A stretch of 64,000 nt of DNA from Pseudovirgaria hyperparasitica (lineage: Eukaryota), in assembly GCA_010093815.1 (NCBI GenBank), contig ML996574.1; one strand, written 5' to 3'. Below the pieces are notes generated by a model. That model was not told the origin of the DNA. It saw nothing but the letters and a program-made list of their open reading frames with translations, and ran no database searches. The position numbers and the translations under genes were made by a program. Position 1 is the stretch's first letter, and every line of letters starts with the position of its first letter. This document shows positions 12,699-24,775 of this stretch, in pieces.

Positions 12699-14007
12699 AT
12701 GAAGAGTGCTCTCGGACTTATGGCCCTTGCGGTCTTCAGTGCTGCTACTGACAGCTACGCTTCACCACTACCTGGGAACGAAAGCTATGGCTCGCCAGTG
12801 CCGACTCCATCTTCAAAAGAAGCATCGCACGAGACACCATCTCACTACACGTCCCATGCTCCAGTATCATCGCCACATGAGTCTCCACCGCCCACGCCGA
12901 GCCCGCCCGTTTACACTCCCTCAGAGCCTCCTCATGAGACGCCAACTCATGAATCTCACTCTGCTCTTCCAGTGTATACACACACACCTGTATCCCCGGT
13001 TTATACGCACACGCCTGTCCCCCCAGAGTATACCCATACGCCTGTTTCCCAGCATTCGACCTTCGAGACTCCACGTTCGACTTACGAGCCTCATTCGACG
13101 TACGAGCCTCCACATTCGACATACGAGCCTCCACATTCGACACACGAGCCTCCACATTCGACACACGAGCCTCCACATTCGACACACGAGCCTCCACATT
13201 CGACACACGAGCCTCCACATTCGACATACGAACCTCCACACTCAAGCCCGCCACCGTACACTCACACGCCTCCGCCGTCTAGCTACGAACCTCCACACTC
13301 AAGCCATGCTCCACCATCACCGCACTCAACTTACGAGCCGCCTCACTCAAGCATGCCTCCCCACTCGAGCCCGCCAGCGTACACCCATACACCCCCGCCG
13401 TCACCGTCTAGCCATGCACCACCCTTATCAACTTACGAGCCTCCCCACGTGACAACGCCTTGCCCTCCTCCCGGCACAATCACGACCATTGTCACAAAGA
13501 CCCGCTCAAAGTCGCACGCTGCATCCCCGCACCCATCAAGCTCGTACCAAGTATGTACCTATCCTCAAGTTCACAAATCAGACCAATCCCTAACACTCGT
13601 GCCAGCCTCGCCCTCCACCTCCTCCTCCATCAACGTACCACAGCCCGTCTTCGCCTCCCAAGCCCACGGCATCGTCTCCCGCTCCGCCGCCACCAGGTAC
13701 ACCTATTCCTCCACCCCCACCAGGTACTCCTATACCCCCTCCGGCGCCTGGCACTCCTATCCCTCCTCCACCTCCCGGTACTCCCCTCCCTTCACCACCG
13801 CCCCCGCCAGGCACCGTTGCCCCAGTCCCTGGTACCAGCGTTACACCTCTGCCGCCGGTGCCTCCCCCAGCCACAGTCGCTACACCGCGCCCATCAAGCG
13901 TTACCCCTGTGGGCCCACCCTCATTCACCGGCGCGGCAGCCGTAATGGCGAAGAACCCTCTCGGCGCACTAGTAGCCGGCGTCGTCGCCGTGGCAGCGAT
14001 GGTATAA
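12699..14007 (+). CDS. Secreted Pro/His/Ser/Thr-rich repeat protein, probably GPI-anchored (about 417 aa after splicing)
   Basis: Signal-like N-terminus MKSALGLMALAVFSAA; (Y/H)EPPHST repeats; intron 13551-13605 (GTATGT..CTAAC..CAG); exon 2 is Pro-rich and ends FTGAAAVMAKNPLGALVAGVVAVAAMV*. Confidence 0.8.
13101..13247 (+). repeat. 21-bp coding tandem repeat, about 7 copies, encoding (Y/H)EPPHST
   Basis: Unit (T/C)ACGAGCCTCCACATTCGACA visible directly. Confidence 0.9.
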
Positions 14008-15177
14008 CAGGAAATTCCCCTCTCCCGGCAACCTCGTATATATAGTATAGTATAGTATACCCCCTTTCTTTCTTTCTTTTTCTGCTTCTCATACTCCTCT
14101 TATCTTCACTTCTTCCATGCCAGCAACAGCCACTCACTGTCAAGCATTCTCATGTAAGAAAACGTGGTCTGTGGTTCATTTATATATATTCGGGTGGAGC
14201 TTGAGCATCATTCTTTTTAGACGGCTCGCATTTTTCTTCTTCTTCTAACGACGGGAGTTTTTTTTTCCTATTCACATACCTACCTATGAGCATCATTCTT
14301 TTATAGCTCTTGCGCTTTTTAACGAAGGAATACGTTTTTTTGGAGGAAGATGAGGAGGATGGGGAGAGGCCGGTGTGTATGCACCCGGTCTGAGGGAGAG
14401 ATTTTGAGGAATGTTTATTTATTTATTTGCTTGAGATATCACCGTGGCCCGACGCCCTTTGTACTGTGGAACGCATATAGAAAATTTATACATGTAATGT
14501 GTCTGTTATGAGAGAATCTACCTGCCCTAATGAGTCTATTCCTGAAGAGAATGCATCTGCCTTGATGTGTCTTGTTGCGGGATTTCCAGATATTACGCAC
14601 TCAAGTATCAGATATACCGGTCCCTCGCCCGCACTTACAGCCCTTCGCACCACAGCGCCGGCGCCTTTCCAATCAAGCGCGCATCTCATAGCGGCTGACC
14701 CGCCCGACTCGCGCCGTCCTTTTAGCCCGCTCTCGAGGGTCCGAGGTCTCTAAGGCCTGACTGTTTGATGAGCAACGGTTGTAATAATTATAGGGCCTAA
14801 GACCTTGCCAAAGCATGCATCATCAACACCCAGCAGGAACGTCAAACCTGCCTGCCTGATTATGGTGAAGTGGATGGATATCGGGATCAAGAGCGTCAGA
14901 CATTAGGTCGAGAGGTGAATACGCCCTACACGAGAACAAACAAACCCACTACACGGTAAAAAGGCTTGGATATGAATCGAAGCTTGGAAAATGTATATTG
15001 ACTATGTGAGTCCTGCATGACCGAGATGAAGAATGAATACAATAAGTTTAGGAACAGAAGAAGAAGTTCGAACTTCAAGCTTGAAGAACACTTTCGGTTT
15101 GCAAGATAACGTATAATCAAGGATTGCCACAGGCAACTTATCGGTCCAAATGACGACCCTGACCCTCGGGCAGTCAA

Positions 15178-16287
15178 TCATGTTCTCTCAGCAGAGGCCC
15201 GTGCCTTTTCCTTCTCTTTCCTCTCCAGGCGGATCTGTTGGAATGTCTGCCCATCGAGCTTCTTGGAAACAGCACCGCCCACGACCTTCAAGATCTGGCT
15301 GGAGTCGAGCGGTCGGCCAGTGTACTTGACCGTATCGACAATGTCGCGGCCCCAGAGGTGATCATCGAGCCTTTGCAGCATCTCTGTAGCATCCGGGAAG
15401 TCGCCAATCTGGAAGAACTGGACACCGAGCTGAGTCGCGTGAGCATCCCATTTGTCCAGCTTCTTGGCAAAGTCCTGGATGACTACTTCGAGGCGAGTGT
15501 CGCTGCTATCTGTCGCACCACCATCTGTGATGACGATGATGTTCTGCGGCTTGACGTCATCCCAGGATCCGGCAGAGACATATCTCTCCTCATAGTTGTG
15601 GAAGAGATCGCGAAGGCGTCGGCCAGTCGGAGTGCGGGCCGTTGGCGTCACTTGCTGGAAGATCCGCTCGATTTCCTCGGGGTTGGTGATCTTCGAGTAA
15701 TGTTGTGGGTGGTTCAAGAACTCAATGTCGATGCCATCCGAGTCGTACTCGGCGCACGTGGGGGCGATTGCCTTGAGAGCTCTCTCAGCTTCGCTCCAGC
15801 CGTTTCCAAGCATCGAGCCGGAATCATCTATGAGGAACACGGTGTCATACTCGCGCAAGAAACCATAGCGACCGTCTTGCGTCTCGGCAGCTCTGGGTGC
15901 TTCTCTGGGTGCTTCAGTAGGTTTGAACGCAGGACCTGTATCGTAGGCTTGGTAGGGTGGCGGCTGCTCTGCATGCACAGTTGATGAAGACGACGATACG
16001 GACTTGGTTTTCTTCAGGCCAAACAAGTTGCCCAGCGATCGGCGCGATTTAGAGTCTCGTGGGGGTAGAGCATCAAGGAAGTTCTTGCTGTCTCTTGGAT
16101 CGGAGCTGGCCATGGTGCTGTTGTTTGCAAAGGGCGCCAGATGTGATGAGGTTGCTATTGTCGAAGCTGACGAGAACTGCGGATCCTGAGGTATGGAAGT
16201 ACTGCGACGAAGTGAAGGAGGGAGGCCTAGGAAAGTGTCCCCAGAGGAGGTTTGTGGTGTTTGGGCAAGAGCCGATCTGTCATTCAT
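15178..16287 (-). CDS. von Willebrand factor type A domain protein
   Basis: MIDAS-type motifs FLIDDSGSM, TPTG, IIVITDG; QFFQIG; intronless 369-aa ORF. Confidence 0.85.
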   Translation of the reverse strand: MNDRSALAQTPQTSSGDTFLGLPPSLRRSTSIPQDPQFSSASTIATSSHLAPFANNSTMASSDPRDSKNFLDALPPRDSKSRRSLGNLFGLKKTKSVSSSSSTVHAEQPPPYQAYDTGPAFKPTEAPREAPRAAETQDGRYGFLREYDTVFLIDDSGSMLGNGWSEAERALKAIAPTCAEYDSDGIDIEFLNHPQHYSKITNPEEIERIFQQVTPTARTPTGRRLRDLFHNYEERYVSAGSWDDVKPQNIIVITDGGATDSSDTRLEVVIQDFAKKLDKWDAHATQLGVQFFQIGDFPDATEMLQRLDDHLWGRDIVDTVKYTGRPLDSSQILKVVGGAVSKKLDGQTFQQIRLERKEKEKARASAERT

Positions 16288-17143
16288 TAAGTCTGTAATG
16301 TAGTTTGAAAGAACAACTGAGTTTCAAACAGCGAGGGTAATCATTTCCCGTAAGGGCCAAAGAAATCATAAAATGTCAAGCCACTGCTGTTGGACTAGGC
16401 TGTTTATGGATGACTGATGACTTTCTTTGTGTGCAGTGGCGTGTGAAAGCACATGCCTTGGACAAACAATGTGGCAGTTTTATAGGAATCTTGATACTTA
16501 CAAGCGTTCTTTCACACAGCCAAGGTATCCTGCAAGGCTCCAACAGTACACCTGAGGAACGGAGGAGAGAGGATGCTATCTCAAGGGGTGGATGGATTCA
16601 CCAGAGACTGTGGTAGCCGTTCGTGATTGACACATGGCCCGTCTCACAGCCTCGCGGACAGTCAGATAGACGTTAGGAACCCATATGCCATGTGGTGCAG
16701 TTGGCCTTAGCTCCGGTTCTGTGGTGGGACTGAACATGCACAGCCCCAGCCTTATTCGCTGTTTTCTTGGGAATGCAAGCTCCGCCACTATATGCTCACC
16801 TTCACCCAGCGAGTCTGCCTCGTGCGTTTAATTCACCTGGCAGGCTCTTGAATATCAATTTCCCGGAAATGATGTGTCTTAGACGCGACTCAGTTGAGAT
16901 CTGAATGGCTGGGCCTGGCGTTCAGCCGCCCAAACAAGGAGATACACGCGCTTGTCGCAAATAGCCAACCAACATCAATCACCACAAGATCAAGCGTGAA
17001 TGTGAAAGGCCATGGACGGCCCTATCATGGATTCACCGGACAGCGACGCTCTCACTGGGTTTTATTGTCCAGGTCGCCATTCCTTGTCTTCCGTCACACA
17101 CATCATGCCATTCCCTACTCAGCCAAGGCATTTACAATGTCCG

Positions 17144-18504
17144 TTATGATGAAGTGGAACAACAACCTTGTCTAATATGGGACACACCGGTAGGGTGGAA
17201 TTCGGCCCAGTCTCGTTCAGTCGCGGTAAACATTTCGCGGACATCAAATTGGCGATGGAAACACTGACCTGCTGGTGCTGCATGTTTAGGCTTCCCTGTA
17301 TGCGACAACGTTCCAGTCCTCCTCCACATAAGCGGACGTTTGGCCTCTGCCCAAGCATAGTCCCCTCGCCGAGCTTTGAAGCATTCGGGACATAGTCCTA
17401 AATCAGGACTCCCGCTGTCCTTGTCTAGCCAGTATTGTAACCAACCGAGTACGGGTAGCATTCGACTTCTGAGCCCACAATGGGCGTGGTTGCTATCGAT
17501 CTGGTACTTGGGACATTTGCGCAAGCTATCAACAAGTCGGTCGATATCTCCACTGTATGCAGTTACATTGATGGGGTCATATAGGAGACTCCGAACTCTC
17601 AGCATGCCCGCACGACTAAGAAAACGGACCATCTCTCCCAATTGAAAAGAGTCACATGCTAAAGAGGAATCGTACCCAAGCTTGCACTGTCTTTCGCCAG
17701 ACATATATAGGTGGAGAAAGTATAGGGGTATAGAGCTCAGAGTTTCCAACACTCTTTCACGTCGATATTGAAGCTCTTCTGAGGATAGCATTAGTCACCG
17801 GATCGTGTACATGACCTACCTGTGGACGAACCTTCAATGCCGTGCGGAAGATCCCACCATAGTGCACTCTCCGTGTCCTCTTGCTCCTGGGCCGGAGGGT
17901 CCCATCGTTTTGATCCTGACAGTATCAAGTGTTTGCTATTCTTGGTGACCCATGGATTATGATCCAACAGATAGCCAACCAACAACTTTTGGCGAACCCG
18001 CTCTTCCGATGTATTCTTCCCACGCGCCCTTGCATCAATCGCCCTGAAAATACCCTTCTTCTTCGCATATAGACAGAATACACCAAGACAATCGAATCGG
18101 TCGGCTACAATGGCTAAGTTTGCGATATTCGGCACGGGAGGATTGGGCTGAGAAAGCTCGAGACCGTGGAGGACACGTAGGAAGTCCGCGGTAAGACCCT
18201 CGATGGAATTGACCTTCGATATCTGCCCTATATGGACCACAGTGATACAAGGCAGCTCATCTGCCGGGACGTCCTCGAAGCTCGAGTACTGGTCCCGCAG
18301 CGACCTGTGCTTCTCATGAACAGCCGTGGCTTCGCTAAAAGCACCTCCAAGAAGATGCTCAAAATAAGGCGAGGTCCGGCGTATATGCCCCGAGTCGACG
18401 CGATAACGAGACTCCTCTTGGTGCTCTTCATGAGAAACGTTCAAGACTAGGTCGCCTGTAGACGAAATGACAATGATTTCTTGGTGTAGAATGCCGGATG
18501 CCAT
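17144..18504 (-). CDS. BTB/POZ-like domain protein
   Basis: N-terminal GDLVLNV..YRVDS..SPYFEHLL..FSEA and LAIVADRFDC; intron 17779-17831 joins the two ORFs (GIE|EELQYRRE). Confidence 0.75.
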
Positions 18505-18869
18505 GTTGATATGCAGCTAGCTCCAGGACAAAAGAAAGTATGCTAGTGACAGACCACTCACGGATACGGCCAGAACATACTGACGCGCTATGTCTGGGAA
18601 TGGAGGAAGCAAATGAGTGCACTGTTGCCTCCGGACGAATCTGAATGGACTTAATCATTAGGTATAACCTGCCAAGCCGTGAGAGCCGCTAAACATTTTA
18701 GCGTAGATGTGTTGAGATCACGTGGAGCATCATTAGCGTCATTTTAAGTTGCATCGGGTCTCGAGCAAGATAGAGCAAGATAGAGCAAGTTTTTGTTACT
18801 TAAGTACTTCGACCACCACCAAATTACATTTCCAGTCTATGGCTAACAATCCCTTTTCATCTGCTCGTC

Positions 18870-20278
18870 TTACTCGGACACCTCTCGAACGTTTGATGAT
18901 GTTGGCACGGCTGACTTCTCAGTCTCGATTCCCTTTCCAGAATTGGCCTCACTGTCCAAATCACTGCTCTCACCGACAGATGCGGACGTTGTCTTAGCCT
19001 TCATGAACGGCAGATGACCCTTCTTCTCTTGGTAACTCATCAATAGGAAGCCAACAATGACCACTAGCCAGTAAAGGTTGTATGAGATCACTGAGCCGTA
19101 AGTCGCAGAGTTTGTCCAGCCAAAGAGTGAGTTGAAGACGCCCCAGCCACCACCACCATTAATTTCAGGGTTGGCATACTTGCACAATGTCAGCGAGTGT
19201 GAGGCAAATCCTACATGGAGCTTACGTTAAGATGCCAGACACTTTTACGGATGTCGTATGAACCGGGGCCTGCGCCCGTTTCCGCTGCATCACCACCAAT
19301 GATTTTGTTCCACTAGCATTACTAATTAGCACAATTACCGCAATTATGGCAAAGATCATCCACGTACCGCATTGTTCTCGAAACTCCAAACAGACCTAGT
19401 GAACAGGCCAGCTGCGACGAGGTAGAGAAAGCAGGTGGAGATGATCAGGAAAATCTGCAAGGAGGTTCGATTGGCACCCCTAATGATTGTTAAATGGTAG
19501 AGCAAGACTCCAGAACACTCGACCACTCACTTGTACATAAGAAAGCCGACCAAGGCTCCAGCACCAAGGCCACAGAGGACAGCGAGCGGAAATGATTCTG
19601 CTGGCAGACCGAGTCCAACGCCACCGATGAAGACAACGGCTTCAAGGCCTTCGCGCAACACGGTGATGAAGGGTAGAAGGAACATGGCGTATTTCTCGGT
19701 CCAGGTCTTGAATCGACCCTGAACAGGCTTCTCGGATCGATCCTTGGCTTCAATTGCTCGGGCAATTTTTACTCGCCATTTATCCTGGAGTTTTGAAACC
19801 CGAAGGAGTGCAGCGCCCATCAAAGAAATGATTATGGATGCAACCAGACAAAATACACCCTCCCAAATGTCCTCGGTGTTGGCAAACACATCCTTCTGAA
19901 GCCCGTAGAAGGCACCGATCATACCGGCTGCAACGGCATCAGACCTGAAGAATTGCTAGAATAAGGAATCGCTTACCTCCAATGACGATGCATATCCCCA
20001 GACCTGCTCCAATACCAACCCAGACCTGGAACATCAGAACATGAAGCTGATGAGGGAGTGAAAGTGTAAGATTACCTGCTTGACCAAGGACTTGTAGACT
20101 TTAGGATCCCGGTCAGGACCAAGGGTTTGCTTCAAGAAAGACAGCAAGACGGCTACAATGATGCTTGTCTCTAAGCATTCTCGCAAGCAAATGAAGAAGA
20201 CTAGATGCCAAAGTTAGCAAGTGTTGGTAGCAGCATAGTGCTTGCGAGACTACCTGGCACAGCGAAAACGTTGACCAT
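18870..20278 (-). CDS. FTR1: High-affinity iron permease Ftr1/FtrA
   Basis: RECLE and REGLE iron-binding motifs; [19 protein letters not shown]; about 6 short introns; divergent from FET3. Confidence 0.95.
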
Positions 20279-20433
20279 GGCGGGCGAGTAGCTAAATTGA
20301 CGCCAGCAGAGCTGGCAGTAAGAAGCGATGAATAAGATATAATCGCAAAATAAAGATCAAGATCAAGATAAGATGGGAGCGAGCAAGAGGAACAGGTTGA
20401 ACGAGGCGGCAAAGCGATGGTACAGCTCAGATG

Positions 20434-21100
20434 ATCAGATAAGTGAAAAGATAACTTTATCCGAACGACAAGACCCAGGGATCAGACCAGGCTAGCCACA
20501 ATAGGGATCTCTGAAAAGCCTGGAGACGGAATGACAAAGTCTACCTCAGCGTTACAACGGCGTTCTGCCGAACATGTAACAATCAAGCGAGAGCGGCATC
20601 AGGACAATGATTGGAAAAATAATGGCATCCCACGCGAGGCGTCTGCTAAAGGAAGGCCTTAACAATCGTGACAAGGGACTTCGGGCATATTATGGAGTGA
20701 GGGCGCGCCGAGGCGTGCAAAATATGCAGCCTGGACTCCCCAAGCTTGGTCCATTCAAGCTTGGACAAGAAAATTGGCATTAAGACTAATACCACAGGTA
20801 CCCAATGATTGATGAATTCTACATGTTGTGACGCCGTTAGACCCGGCGCATGACTTATCTGATCGGCTCTTTAGCTGCCACTGGCCCTGAATTTTGAACC
20901 AACAGAGAGATCTTCACTTTACACTCTTCGTTGCTGCAGCACGATCAGCTCCTCGGGACATATCGTCGTGTTCTATGCAGCTTCCTTGCTCGATGCACGA
21001 CACTAGGAAGAAGAATAAAAAATGAGGATAACGATGTTGAAGGCGATCCTACGTGCATCCTGGCCTTGACGTCGAGTCAGGGGAGGTTTTGTTATCAGAT
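20434..21100. promoter_or_regulatory. Three ATCWGATAA (SreA/Sre1-type GATA) sites in the FTR1-FET3 bidirectional promoter
   Basis: ATCAGATAA 20434-20442, TTATCTGAT 20855-20863, TTATCAGAT 21092-21100; one-mismatch copy ATATCTGAT at 21606-21614. Confidence 0.8.
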
Positions 21101-21794
21101 GCTTGGATCCAAGGCCCTGTCGCGCTAGACTACACAAATTACACACCACATCCTCGTATAGAGGTGCGCCATTTTCTTTACAGCGGCGTCGCGTAGCAGA
21201 CGGATCGCACGATGCCGAAGAAGTCCAAATTGTATGTAGACTCATCTGTCAAGACATCTGTCAAATGCACGACCAACATTATTGAATTGGCATCAGCATC
21301 ATCATCCTTATTGCAGTCTGTGATGCCTCGCATCGCATCTATCCGGTAGCCGTCAAAGTCATTAATACTGTCACTGACTGTCACTCATATTGGCACCCCA
21401 CGAGAACTAATATCGAAGCTTCGGCCTGCAGACCAGCCGCCAGACCCAGATCCAGACCCAGAACGATCGACACGAGTCACTGCTAAGACTGCACTCTGCA
21501 ACATGCTCCACAATCCCGTACCCGTACCCGTATTTTCACTTGCATCCGCACAGGCCCTCCGAACAAAGTAAAGTGGCGTGGTTCGATCAATCCTATTATC
21601 ATATCATATCTGATCTTTTTCGCCGGACTACGGTTGGACCCCCGCTATCTCGGGTTTCGATCTTATCAATCAGTCCATCACGGACTTCCTCTCCTCCAGC
21701 AAATACTTCTCCTTCACCAGCTCTTTTATGGTTCTGGCTCTGGCTGTCGCTTGGATCTGACCATTGCCCCGAGAAGACGTCGTCTTAGGGAACC

Positions 21795-23826
21795 ATGACC
21801 TCACGCTTCCTTTTTGCTGGCTTGACTGCATTGTCGGCCATAGCAGTTGCCAGTGCTGCGACTGTCACCAAGGAGTTCAACATTGGCTGGGTGTACGGTA
21901 ATCCTGATGGAGTTTTCAACCGTCCTGTCATGGGAATTAATGGCCAGTGGCCCATACCTGCCCTGTTCGTCAAGAAAGGCGATACTCTAGTCGTTAATGT
22001 CAACAACCAACTGGGCAATGAGACTACCAGTTTGCACTGGCATGGTCTATATCAAAATGGCACCACCAATATGGACGGGCCTGTTGGAGTCACTCAGTGT
22101 GAGATTCCTGTCGGAGGCTCGTTCACTTACAACTTCACCGTAAGCACCTTCCACCATCAGAGATGCGCTACAAGGACTGACTTTGTTCAGGTTGACCAAC
22201 CTGGCACATATTGGTTCCACAGTCACACTCGAGGGTGAGCCAACTTTGCTTGTTCCAACGGAATATGCCTAACAGCATAGCAGACAATACCCAGACGGCC
22301 TCAGGGCTCCGTTTATCGTCGAAGATGATGAGATGCCATTCGCTGACATGTATGACGAAGAAATCATACTTTCATTCTCAGATTGGTATCATGATTTGAT
22401 GCCTGGGTTGCTTGCCAGTTTTATTAGTGTCTCCAATCCTACGGGAGCCGAGCCAGTCCCTGATTCGGCCTTGATGAATGATACACAGAATCTTGAAATA
22501 CCAGTGTTGCCAGGAAAGACCTACTTACTGCGCATGGTTAACATGGCTGCGTTTGCCGCCCAGTATGTCTGGATTGAGGGCCATGAGATGCAGGTTGTGG
22601 AGGTCGATGGTGTCTACACAGAGCCTGCCACCGCTAACATGCTATACATGACTGCCGCACAGCGGTACAGCGTTCTCTTTACCACGAAGAATGACACTTC
22701 GGCCAATTTCCCCATCATGGGCAGCATGGACCAGGATCTTTTTGACGCTATTCCGGATGGTCTGAATCCTAACGTCACTGGATGGCTGGTCTACGATGGC
22801 GCCAAAGACAAGCCCGCAGCTCAGGAGCTGGATGCTTTCGAGCCCTTTGACGATTTCACCCTGGTCCCACACGATAAAGAGCCAGTGTACGAGAACGTCA
22901 ACCACAACGTGCAGCTTGACCTGAAGATGGACAACCTCGGAGACGGCGCGAACTATGCGTTCTTTAACGATATCACTTACGTTCCGCCTAAGGTCCCTAC
23001 CTTGTACACCGCCATGACCACGGGCGAGACAGCGACGGACCCCGCCATCTACGGTATCAACACGAACCCATTTATCCTTGCGCAAGGCGAGGTCGTCGAA
23101 CTTGTCCTGAACAACGACGATCCTGGGAAGCATCCCTTCCATCTGCACGGCCACAACTTCCAGGTTCTGATCCGCTCAGACGACGATGCTGGCTTCTATG
23201 ATGCTGCAACATCCAATGCCACGATCCCCGCAACACCGATGCGTCGCGATACCGTCCTCGTGCGTCCAGGTGGGCATTTTGTTCTTCGTTTCCGTGCTGA
23301 CAACGTATGTCCTCCTTCCATTCCGCATCTGTATTGAACGCCTGACTAACACCATTTCTAGCCCGGCATCTGGCTCTTCCACTGTCACATCGAATGGCAC
23401 GTCACATCCGGCCTCATAGCCACCTTCGTCGAGGCGCCTCTCGCGCTGCAGTCCTCTAACATCCCACATGACCACCTTGCTGCATGCGCCGCAAACAACC
23501 CTCCCACGCCCACCGCCGGCAACGCAGCTGGCAACACCGTCAACCTCCTCGACCTGACCGGCAACAACGAGCCACCAGCGCGTCTGCCGGCGGGTTTCAC
23601 GCCCAAGGGCATTGTGGCGATGACGTTCAGTATCCTGGCAGCCCTGCTGGGTGTTGCGGTCATTGCGTGGTATGGAGCGCAGCCAATTGCAAGTGAGCAA
23701 GGCAAGAAGATGGCCGAGCATGTCATTGGACAGGAGGGCGTCAAGAGTGCTCCTGCTGGCGGCGAGGGTGTTGGAAGCACGGCTGTTGACAGCGCTGGTG
23801 GTGACGGCGGGTTCGTGAGGACGTGA
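21795..23826 (+). CDS. FET3: Multicopper ferroxidase Fet3/FetC
   Basis: Signal peptide; Cu motifs [37 protein letters not shown]-terminal TM segment; introns about 22140-22190, 22235-22282, 23305-23361. Confidence 0.95.
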
Positions 23827-24775
23827 GAACGTGAGCTGCGTGGAGGATAATGGTGCGAATGTAATATAGCATACCCCTAAGTAGCACAGAAGAAATCGCT
23901 TACCTGAATATGTGCTGAGATTCATTTGTTATGATGCCTTTCTTGGGAGTCGCACCGTCTTCGAGAAGCGACACAATCTCCTGGTACATCCTACTTGGCT
24001 CGATTATGAACATCGGACGCTCTTCATCATCACACCGTCGCTCTACTCACCTCGCTCTCAACGCCGCTAATGTCACGCAGGGGGCTTGTTGATGAACAGC
24101 CTCGGCCTTCACCATGATAGATCCTAGTATGTCCATTCTCTTTTGTTTCAGATGTTGCCTTCGGTACTTATTGCTACCTATGTACCTGGCACCCAATACG
24201 GCATGTGAAAATCCTCAGCAATAACAAAGTCATCTCGTTCCTTGCATACACCCCTGCTACCGAGCATGGGCAATCCACCAGCTGCCGCGTGCATCAGTCC
24301 CGGATGCTGATGCTGATATCCATGGCTCGGTCGACCAGTGTCTGTGTCTGTCTGTGCCTATGCGTGTCTGTGCAGTGCCGCACCAAAGCATGCGCTACAG
24401 CAAAACTGAACCTAAAACTCGCCGACGCCGTAGGGAGCTATAACGCCGCAGGAACGGGGGGCCCGCTAGCCTTTTAGTCGCTTCCCTCACCCATCATCGC
24501 TCAGGGAATATCACCGCATCCCTACACCCTTGAGCAGGCCTTGAAATACACATCAATTCACATCACCACAACTAACTACTTTGACAATCCACAAGCCTCA
24601 CAAATAATGCGACGACACCACTGACCAGCCCTTCTCTCGCCCTTGCCGCGCCCTTTTCCCCCCGACCGAGAACGCCCGTCCACACACCACCACGAAGCTC
24701 GATCTCTCGAGGATCACAAACGTCACAAAACACTCTCACCCTCGAACGTTACACACAAACCCCACGAACCCAACC

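Noticed and set aside
13101..13247. Possible RiPP/KEX2-processed repeat precursor or CRISPR-like array
   Set aside because: No KR/RR cleavage sites between repeats, no tailoring genes nearby, and the units are contiguous with no spacers
12706..13452. Overlapping and antisense repeat ORFs (HTSLHIR, VEARVSN, MWRLVCR)
   Set aside because: Alternative frames of the 21-bp coding repeat
14600..14770. GC-rich intergenic stretch considered as SRP, RNase P/MRP or HDV-like RNA
   Set aside because: No diagnostic conserved boxes found by eye; only short hairpins
15238..15984. 248-aa plus-strand ORF
   Set aside because: Antisense shadow of the vWA gene
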